A stretch of 64,000 nucleotides of DNA from Novakomyces olei. Lineage: Eukaryota. The notes beneath the pieces were generated by a model that saw only the letters and a list, made by a program, of their open reading frames with translations, did no database searches and had not been told where the DNA came from. The translations under genes and the position numbers were made by a program. Shown one piece after another: positions 41,101 to 50,727 of this stretch (positions are counted from its first letter, which is position 1; each line of letters begins with the position of its first letter). The stretch spans positions 1,364,001 through 1,428,000 of the forward strand of contig JADEYG010000004.1 in NCBI GenBank assembly GCA_016906335.1, read 5' to 3'.

Positions 41101-44100
41101 ATCAGTCGCCGACCGGTCTAAGAAGTCGTTTAATTCATCGACGAGTGCGTTGAGTTCGATTCTATCTGCATTTAATAAGTCAAGCGAGCCGTTTAATTCT
41201 TCACAGACAGAATTGAGTCCGATGCAATCAGCATTGAATAAGTCAAGCCCTGCTACAACACTCGCCAACCAGTCTAGAAGTCGTTTAATTCATCGACGAG
41301 TGCGTTGAGTCCGCTGCAATTTGCATTAAATAGGTCAAGCGAGTCGTTTAATTCTTCACAGACAGGATTGAGTCCGTTGCAGTCTGCATTGAATAAGTCA
41401 AGCCCTGCTACAACACTCGCCAACCAGTCTAAGAAGTCGTTTAATTCATCGACGAGCGCATTGAGTCCGATGCAATCTGCATTAAATAAGTTAAGCTCTG
41501 TTACATCAGTCGCCGACCGGTCTAAGAAGTCGTTTAATTCATCGACGAGTGTGTTGAGTCCGCTGCAATTTGCATTAAATAGGTCAAGCGAGTCGTTTAA
41601 TTCTTCACAGACAGGATTGAGTCCGTTGCAGTCTGCATTGAATGAGCCGTTTAATTCTTCACAGACAGAATTGAGTCCGATGCAATCTGCATTAAATAGG
41701 TCAAGCGAGTCATTGAATTCTTCACAGACAGAATTGAGTCCGTTGCAGTCTGCATTGAATAAGGCACGCGAGTCATTAAATTCTTCACAGACAGGATTGA
41801 GTCCGTTGCAGTCTGCATTGAATAAGGCACGCGAGTCTTTAAATTCTTCACAGACAGGATTGAGTCCGTTGCAGTCTGCATTGAATAAGTCAAGCCCTGC
41901 TACAACACTCGCCGACCAATCTAAGAAGTCGTTTAATTCATCGACGAGCGCATTGAGTTCGATTCTATCTGCATTTAATAAGTCAAGCGAGCCGTTTAAT
42001 TCTTCACAGACAGGATTTAGTCCTATGCAATCAGCATTGATTAAGTCAAGCCCTTCTACATTACTCGCCGGCCGGTCTAGGAAGTCGTTTAATTCATCTA
42101 CGAGTGCGTTGAGTCCGCTGCAATCTGCATTGAATAGGTCAAGCTTAGCAATAAATCTCGCGGACCCGTCTAAGAAGTCGTTTTTTTCTTCGCACAGAGG
42201 AATGAATCAGATGAATTCTGCATTGAATAAGTCAATCTCTGCAATAATTTCATCCGATCAGTCTAAAACGCTTACCGTTGTTTATGAAGGTCCGCTCAAT
42301 GGATCGAGTGTCGGCTATTTGTCTCAAAGATTTTCTAAGGTCTCGAGCTCTGCATCGAGCAAGACTCCCGTCGCTACACTGTCGAGTTTCTCTGGAGCGA
42401 AAAACAACAAGCCATTACAGAAGAAGTCTAAGCCTATGGCAAAGTCTACTCCTCTGAACCCTCCATCTAAATCGAAGTCTACGTCTAAATCCAAGGAGTC
42501 TTCAAACAGATTATTGACGATGACTTATACGGACGATAAGGACTTGTCAAAAAACATCAGTCTGGCAACTCCTTCATCCATGCTCAGTTCCGAGTCTATT
42601 TGTGGGTCGAGGAAAGAGAATAGAACTACTTCATCTCTAGCAGCAAGCACTTCGTTAGCATCAAGAAAAGATATGGAGGGTTCAGTCAATCTGACAAACG
42701 AATCATCTGAAAAAACTTCTATTCAAATTTTATTTAACAACTACGGATCTAAAGGCTTTGCTAGTCTGGATTCATCAATTTCCTATTCTGCTATTCTTCC
42801 TAAAAAAGACCCGAAACCAGAGGCCCCCTCTAGAACTCTTGGTTTTAGTGTTTTTGTTGCTTCTACCCTTAGTACCTCTAAGACTTCAAGTACTTTTAGT
42901 ATCACCTCAAGCACTTCTATGACCTCAAGCACTTCTAGGACTTCAAGTTCGTCTAAGACGTCGAGTACTTCTGGTAATTATAGTACTTCTAGGTCTTCAA
43001 GTACTTCTAAGACTTCAAGTACTCCTATGACTTCAAGTACTCCTAGTACTTCTAGGTCTTCTAGTACTTCTAGTACTTCTAAGTCTTCAAGTACTTCTAA
43101 GACTTCTAAGACTTCAAGTTCTTCTAAAACTTCTAGTACTTCTATGACTTCAAGTACTCCTAGTACTTCTAAGACTTCAAGTTCTTCTAAAACTTCTAGT
43201 ACTTCTATGACTTCAAGTACTCCTAGTACATCTAGTACTCCTAGTACTTCTAGTACTTCAAGTACTTCTATGACCTCAAGCACTTCTAGGACTTTAAGTA
43301 CTTCTGGTACTTCTAGGTCTTCAAGTACTTCTAAGACTTCAAGTACTTCTAAGACTTCTAAGACTTCAAGTACTTCTATGACTTCAAGTTCTTCTAAGAC
43401 TTCTAGTACTTCTATGACCTCAAGCACTTCTAGTACTTCTAGTACTTCTAAGTCTTCAAGGACTTCTATGACTTCAAATACTCCTAGGTCTTCTAGTACT
43501 TCTAGTACTTCAAGTACTTCTATGTCTTTAAGTACTCCTAGTACTTCTAATACTTCTACGACCTCAAGCACTTCTAGTACTTCTAGTACTTCTAAGTCTT
43601 CAAGCACTTCTATGACTTCAAATACTCCTAGGTCTTCTAGGTCTTCAAGTACTTCTAAGACTTCAAGTACTTCTAAGACTTCTAAGATTTCAAGTACTTC
43701 TATGACCTCAAGCACTTCTAGTACTTCTTTGTCCTCAAGTACTCCTAGTACTTCAAGTATTTCTATGACCTCAAGCACTTCTAGTACTTCTAGTACTTCT
43801 AAGTCTTCAAGCACTTCTATGACTTCAAATACTCCTAGGTCTTCTAGTACTTCTAGTACTTCAAGTACTTCAAGTACTTCTATGACCTCAAGCACTTCTA
43901 GGACTTTAAGTACTTCTAAGTCTTCTAAGACTTCAAGTTCTTCTAAAACTTCTAGTACTTCTATGACTTCAAGTACTTCTAGTACTTCTAGTACTTCAAG
44001 TACTTCAAGTACTTCTATGACTTCAAGTACTCCTAGTACTTCTAGTACTTCTTTGACCTCAAGCACTTCTAGGACTTTAAGTACTTCTAAGACTTCAAGT

Positions 44101-45522
44101 TTTTCTAGTTCTTCTAGTACTTCTAGTATCTCTAATATTTTTGCGCCTCATACATCCTCCGGCAGTGGTCGTAAGAGCGCACGCTCAGGGCTGACAAACC
44201 CTCTTTATGCGCCTTTAGAGTTACGTTCAATAGAATCTATGTTTTACGAGAAAGATTGTTGGACTAGTCTAGAAAAGGAGCCATACCAGCAAGTCCTGTC
44301 TTCATTTTCAAACACGACAACCCGTGAAAGGGCTAGAGACAAATTGTTTTGTCCAAAGGCATCGTCTCTACTGGTAACCAGGATAGTAGACAAATACCCG
44401 TTTGTCAGCACCAGATTTACCGATGACTTCGTGGACATTAAAGTCAACGAACTGGTTAAAAAAGCTCAAGGACATTACTGTCAAAGTGATCCTTGTTTTA
44501 ATAAGCACCACGAATCAGCAGCCAGTTTTATTAAGGACTATGAGAAAACGAAGGGATTCTTTAAACCCGATTCATACTACTATGAAGCGCAAGCAGGCCA
44601 TTTGTATTTTAGTATTCCTGAATTCAAATTATCAGTTTCTGTTTCTAGCGAACTGATTCTAGAGTATTTAAATGGTTGCCAAGAAACATCAAGATGGAGC
44701 GTGAGCGAGATGATTCGTATTAATCGTCTGGTGCATTTTGATATTAGGCGAATTGTTACTAAGGCAAACAAGAGGCTTCGTGAAGAAAACTACTTGGTGA
44801 TGATTCAAATAGACTACGTTTATTTTCAATACTGGAATGAATCTCAGTTTAAAGAGGCATCAACAGATTCGCTTGAATTTACTGATGACTACCGAGAATT
44901 TTACACTAGGTTACAGCACATTGAAACAATTGGCGAGTATAAGCAATACCAAATGAAATGTATTGATATTGATGATAGGAAAAACTTAATTATCACACCC
45001 TTTATTGAAGCACAGAAAGTCTGCGGTCCGTGGGAAGAAGAATTTCCTGAATTAAAAGAATTGTTTTTTAAAAAGTTTGGCTCGTGGCTGTTCAACTTAA
45101 CTTTAGCTCTAAACGAGCCGGGTAAAGATGAACTTTGGCGAAAAGCGACGGAGGATTCAAATCTTGATGCAAACATTTATATGCACGGACTGTTTGTACG
45201 GTCGACCTGCAAAGTTTTCGAATTACTCTTAGAACTTAATCGTGAGCTCCGACCTTATTTCATATCGCAGACGTCAGTAACGGATCTGGTGACGAATGTT
45301 GTCTTAGACACGATTCTTGCAGTAAATACTCTTTTAGCTGACTCCGGCAGCAGACATTTTGTACAGCTCATGTATTTGGGAGTTATTACCCAGTCATGTG
45401 GAAGCGGCAGGTCTATTTATCCGGATTGGGTCGCTCTCAGTCAACCAAACGTCTTCCATGGTCTCGAGTCTTTTGTGGAATTCTGCTTTATGAAATGTAC
45501 ACGGCATTACAATTTGCTTTGA
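17200..45522 (+). CDS. Giant secreted mucin/adhesin-like repeat protein (~9,440 aa once three 1-bp deletions are restored)
   Basis: Signal-peptide-like N-terminus. ORFs 17200-32160, 32157-37880, 37877-41308 and 41305-45522 carry the same repeat and are joined by single-base deletions at ~32158, ~37824 and ~41276. Unique Cys-containing C-terminal domain. Confidence 0.8.
20810..42240 (+). repeat. Coding minisatellite of 63-nt and 93-nt units with higher-order repeats
   Basis: Units SALNKSSEPFNSSQTELSPLQ (21 aa) and SALNKSSPATTLANQSKKSFNSSTSALSPLQ (31 aa); a 2721-bp period is visible from variant markers. Confidence 0.97.
42870..44130 (+). repeat. 9-nt (ACTTCTAGT-like) coding repeat, TSS/TSK/TSM Ser/Thr tract
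   Basis: Directly visible. Confidence 0.95.
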
Positions 45523-46258
45523 ATGCGAGATTGATATATGTACAATTAAAAAGCATGTAAAAATATGGGAGAAGATATACAAAGCTGGACACGGCGATTA
45601 CGGATGAAGGAGAGGAGGATTTTTGTCACAATATGCTGGATTAGACTAGATTAAATAAATCATTAAATATTAATAGCAAACAGTAAAAGAAATTTTAATA
45701 AAACATCCGTCCATTGCAAACTTTTTGCAGATTTTTAGGCAACTTCACCAAGTCAAGATAGGCATCTTTAGAAGACATAAGTCTGTCATCGTTATTGCCT
45801 TTCTTGTTTCGCCGACAAATCCGTTTCGAAAGCAACTTTACATAATCTCGAAAGCATGGGTCGGAGAGCTGCACAGGTCTCGCAAAAAATCTACTGAAAT
45901 TTAGATCAAGTCAAGATTTGATAGGGTTAGGGTTAAGGTGAACCGAATCGGCATCTTATCTGGACAAGATTCTTATTATATTTGTCGGGATATAGTTCGT
46001 CTAGTCATAGCAATAGTAAGCCAGAATAAGTTAGGGTTAGGGTTAGTTACATAACCCTAACACTAACTGTTATAAATGCTGGCAGAAATAATCTTTAATA
46101 TATCTTTTCACAAAACAAGAAGCATTCTATGCAATAGGTTATGAGCCTGGCTGACTAGAAAACGAAGAGTTGAATCGAAAACCTTTTTTCTAACTGTGTG
46201 CTTCTTAAAAACAATTACAACTTTCCTATAAAGCTCTGTAAGAAAAGATCAAAGCAAT

Positions 46259-47718
46259 ATGTCTGGATCGACCGCGATGCAACCGACGCATCCCTCGTCC
46301 AATGAAGGGCTGCAAGTTCAAGCCCCGTCAGCAAAGATCTCCATTCAAAAGCTGAGAGGGGCCGAAAACTACGACATTTGGGCTCAACACATGAAAGCCC
46401 AACTGAACGGCCTAGGCCTATTTGGCTACGTTACCGGACGAAATAAGGAACCTGAAAGAAAAGGCCTTAAGAAAGAACCGGAAACAAAGACAATAGATGA
46501 CAACGAGTCAATATTGTCAGACGACGACTTCGAGGAGGGAAACGAAGAGCTTAACATTTGGAAGCGAAATTCGTCCCTCGCTCTCTGTCACATTCTGGGA
46601 AACATTTCCTTGGAAATCAACCGAAGAGTCAAAAGACTCAACAGCGCAAAGGAAGTCTGGAGATGTAATGAACCACTTAGGGTTAGTTAGGGTTAGGGTT
46701 ATAGATATAGTTTAGGGTTATGGTTAGGGTTTACCCCACCTAGGATCCCTACCTAGGGTCCCTTCCTAGGATCCCTACCTAGGATCCCTACCTAGGATCC
46801 CTTCCTAGGATCCATTCCTAGGATCCCCTCTTCATTACTTACCTTTTTCCCCTCTTTTATTTCGTCTATACACTTCCGCGCGTTTATTTACTTTGCGCTA
46901 TTTATTTGTTTACTTCTTTCCGTTTCCGGCGCAGCCCCTTCGCAGCGTGCTGCGCCTTTCTCCTCCGTCCGTAGCTTATAAATAGCGCCGTGGTGAGCCC
47001 AGCTCCCCACGGGTTAATCTATTCTATATAATTTCTATTCTATTTTCTATCTATTTATTTTCTATTCTATTCAATTTCTCTATTTAATTTTCTAATATAT
47101 TTTCTAATATATTTTCTAATATATTTTCTTTTACTTTCAGACGCCTACGTTTCGCTCCGCCTTTCTTCCCTCCTTTTCCCCTTTCGTCACAGGAGACTCC
47201 TTAAGCGCGAGTACGCCAGAGCAGGTTTTTCATACATAGGAACCTGCTACTCGAACTTTTTCAACTTCAAGCTTGGAAACGAAGGAGGACAAACTCCAGA
47301 AGACTACTGTCGAAAATTCGTCGACCTACTGGAATCCTACCAAGTTGGAGGAGAACAAGTCGGAATGTTTACTCAGATATTTACCTTTTTCTCTGGAATA
47401 GAGAGAGACTATGAGCAGTTCGTGCAAATTCAGAAGGACACGTACGACGTCCAGAAACCCGTCGATCTCGAAACCATGATCGAACGGTTCCTAAACCACA
47501 GCAGGGGAAGAGCAAATGAGTACCCGATAGCTCTGGTCACCGATCGAAACGGTGGACCGAAAGGTAAAGTGCGCTGCTCGTTCTGCAAAAAGCCAGGCCA
47601 CACAGAGAACGCCTGCTGGAGAAAGCATCCTGAAAAGAGGCCTAGTCGCGAGAACAAACAGATCGAGCGGACAAAGACTTTTCTTGCTACGGCCCATGTC
47701 TCTACCTTGGACGTGTGG
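46259..47718 (+). pseudogene. gag: Copia gag of H, split by solo LTR
   Basis: KLRGAENYDIWAQHMKAQL, AKEVWR|LLKREY in frame across the insertion, CSFCKKPGHTENAC. Confidence 0.85.
46664..47191 (+). mobile_element. Solo LTR of family C
   Basis: TG...CA, 5-bp TSD GGAGA on both sides. Confidence 0.95.
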
Positions 47719-48100
47719 TGTTATGTTGCTACCTAGCACGCCTGCTTAGGTAGATTCGGACGTAGACTCTTAACTGCTCGTAGTAATAAACGCTTTTGTT
47801 ACTATAAGCTTCTGCCAGTCGTACGCGGCTGGCTACAGCAGGGGACTCCAGATGGAAGTTAACTCTTCCAACAAAGTTGATGAACCGTAAAGTTATAAAG
47901 GAGAGAAGCCCCTTTATATCCTTTACGGGCTACGTACTCACTAATCTCACTAACTAAAATAACTCAAAAACTATCTCGAAAAGGAACTAAGAGGCTAAGC
48001 CTCAACAAGTAAGCTAAACTACTTTACTCGGTGCAAGTTCTGTGCAAGATGCACTGTACTTGCACCATGTCAGGTGCAAACCATGACATCACTCCCCTCC

Positions 48101-49154
48101 TTAAGCTCCAATAAGGCTTGCGATTTCCCTAATCCTCGCAACGTATAGATAGAACGTCTTCCTTTCGCGCAAGTAGTTATCCATCCGGGTGATGGAACTT
48201 CTCAACTCTGCGCGGTAGGCGGCCAATTCCTCCCCAGGGGCACCTCGTAATGTATTGGCCTCCCATTTCACTAACTCGGGTAGGCGCGCATCGAACGTAA
48301 AGATTTCATACCCCGTCAAAAACGCATTCTCCACTGTGAGAACTGCGTGTAACGTTCCAGCAGGGAATTTGAATACAGTCCCAGGCCTCACGATGGCCAC
48401 TTTGACCTCCTCCAAATGCTCCAAGGCCTCCACCAGTAGTGGGTCACCAGCCTTTCGATGGAAACGTGCAAAATAGTTTAAATTGCTTTCCGTTGGGTCC
48501 CAACAAACGACCACTTTTGTTCCCAGGACTCCCACAACCACTTGTCCGAACAGGACGGGGTCCATATGGACGTCGGTGAGCGCCCCTTTTGGCGTAATCG
48601 CACCGCTCTATCCCACGTCGCTCGTAGTGTAACGCTTCAGCGCGTCTAACACTCTTGGCCCACAGGCGTCCAGGCCATTTGGCGCTTCCATAAATAAATC
48701 GTAAACCGAATACCCCTCGCCTTCACCATTAACTAGCGCTCCCTTGACGCTGTCAGCGTCGATCTCGTCGTCTCGAAGACGGACACGGGCATCAGTAATG
48801 AAAAGGAGCAGTTTGCTCAGACAGATCGCGGAACACATGAATCCAGTTTGGTCGTATATCGAACGACTCACTGATGTCCTCGGTCAACGGGGCCAGAACC
48901 GGAGCGTCTAGGTGTATGAGCTTCCGAAAGACTGTTTTACCCAGCTCGCAGCTTGCCAGGTTTTCGGTTTTGATCGCCCATTCCTTAGATATCGCTTCCA
49001 GTGCCGTGGCGTTCCCGTGCACTTGTATTCCATGCCTTTTCAACTCCTGCATCCGGTGATAACGCACCGGGCATAATTCGCAGGCGAACGGCCCAGAATT
49101 GTTCGGGCGTCGACGGCTTGTCGTCGACCTATCTCCCTCCTCACTGCGCGGCAT
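48101..49154 (-). pseudogene. C2H2 zinc finger + JmjC-like gene of E (one frameshift, one stop)
   Basis: FACELCPVRYHRMQELKRHGIQVH; ITPKGALTDVHMD...GTKVVVCW...VRPGTVFKFPAGTLHAVLT. Frameshift at ~48800; TAG at 48608-48610 where A has Trp. Confidence 0.85.
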
Positions 49155-49448
49155 GATCCTTCGCAGCAGTCGGTTTGTCTCGTTTAATTGCACTGATGTT
49201 GCAAGTTGTGTGTGTGTGTGCAAATTTTTTCACTCGGTATATATATATAGTCTCGTATATATAATAAAGAAAACCCTGACCAATTTTATATATATGGTCC
49301 ACTCATATAATAAGTATATAGTAGTGTATGATATTAAGTAATCATAATAATAGTAAAGTTGCACTGCAGGTGCATCTTGCACCTCTTGTGCACATAAAAT
49401 AAAAATAGCCATAAAAACACCAAAATAACGTGTCACACGTACACACGT

Positions 49449-50215
49449 TCACTTGGATCGTTCCAGGTATGCTTTAATTGCATCTTGAGCATTGTGTAAG
49501 TTCTCCAAGGGTTCCCAAGTACGTTCTTCTTCAGGGTAACCTTTCCAATGAACAAGATATTCGCGTTTTCGACCGCGTCCACGGTGTTCGCAAATATATT
49601 CGACGTCATACTCCTGTAGATCTGGGAGTATATCTGGTACGGCATGATCTGTAGGTTCTCGGTCAAACCTATCAGCTGTAAACTTCTCAAGTAGTGTTTC
49701 GTTAAACACGTCGTGCATCTGCACCGAGGGGGGTAATTTGAGACGGTACGTGTTGTGTTTTTCTTTGTTTGGTTTGGGTACGGCTGTGTTGCTTTCACGG
49801 CAACTGTGGTGGGAAGCCAAATGGAAGGTAATAGTACTTAAAACGGTTTACACGGTCAACACGGTCGACACGGTCGATAATCAGCGTCGGATAAAAGTGC
49901 GAACGGGCCTCCTTTTATCCTTGCTGGAACTAACTAACTATAACTAAAAATAGAAACAACTACGGAAAAGACTGTCTAAGCCACAAAGTGGCTAACTAAA
50001 ATTCCGGAATTGGAAATAATCCGCAATCGAACGGATTATCTCCGATGAAAACGGAATTATGTCATATTGATATGACAGTACGCACTCGTCCCAACTTTCT
50101 GTAGTCTTCGTAAGGACCCAATCTCGTGTGGTCAAGCTTCGTCCTTGGTCGTGTGGTTTCAATGTGCTTTCGGCGAAGCCAAACATAATCACCAGGTGTT
50201 AACTCGATAGATTCT
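49449..50215 (-). pseudogene. pol: C-terminal integrase + chromodomain of E pol, interrupted by solo A LTR
   Basis: GDYVWLRRKHI...KLDHTRLGPY, then YRLKLP...EYDVEYICEH...YLVHWKGYPEEERTWEP. Confidence 0.85.
49751..50077 (-). mobile_element. Solo LTR of family A
   Basis: Matches 7127-7444 plus a 9-bp duplication; TSD GTACG on both sides. Confidence 0.95.
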
Positions 50216-50727
50216 TGTAATGAACCACTTAGGGTTAGTTAGGGTTAGGGTTATAAATATAGTTTAGGGTTATGGTTAGGGTTTACCCCACCTAGGATCC
50301 CTACCTAGGATCCCTTCCTAGGATCCCTACCTAGGATCCCTTCCTAGGATCCTTACCTAGGATCCCTACCTAGGATCCCTTCCTAGGATCCCTTCCTAGG
50401 ATCCCTTCCTAGGATCCCCTCTTCATTACTTACCTTTTTCCCCTCTTTTATTTCGTCTATACACTTCCGCGCGTTTATTTACTTTGCGCTATTTATTTGT
50501 TTACTTCTTTCCGTTTCCGGCGCAGCCCCTTCGCAGCGTGCTGCGCCTTCCTCCTCCGTCCGTAGCTTATAAATAGCGCCGTGGTGAGCCCAGCTCCCCA
50601 CGGGTTAATCTATTCTATTCAATTTCTCTATTTAATTTTCTAATATATTTTCTAATATATTTTCTTTTACTTTCAGACGCCTACGTTTCGCTTCGCCTTT
50701 CTTCCCTCCTTTCCCCCTTTCCTCACA
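50216..50727 (+). repeat. 5' LTR of C (10 x 13-bp units, TTAGGG motifs)
   Basis: TG...CA, 512 bp. Confidence 0.95.

Larger units (their letters stand above)
45983..47718 (+). mobile_element. 5' portion of Ty1/copia element H
   Basis: Probable LTR ~45983-46136 (start uncertain), copia-type PBS GGTTATGAGCC at 46137-46147, gag. Interrupted by a solo C LTR and by element E just before the protease motif. Confidence 0.75.
47719..50215 (-). mobile_element. 3' portion of chromovirus E (relative of A) with decayed ZnF-JmjC gene
   Basis: 3' LTR ~47719-48088, PPT AGGAGGGGAG, cargo gene, end of integrase with chromodomain. Confidence 0.85.

Noticed and set aside
20820-41268. Long antisense ORFs (up to 2322 aa, LNADCNGLN repeats)
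   Set aside because: Shadow of the sense repeat: a stop-free unit repeated gives a long ORF. They have no unique termini and break wherever a variant unit occurs.
20810-42240. CRISPR-like repeat array
   Set aside because: No unique spacers; in-frame coding tandem repeat in a eukaryotic context.
42978-44066. Antisense (LEV)n ORF
   Set aside because: Reverse complement of the 9-nt Ser/Thr repeat.
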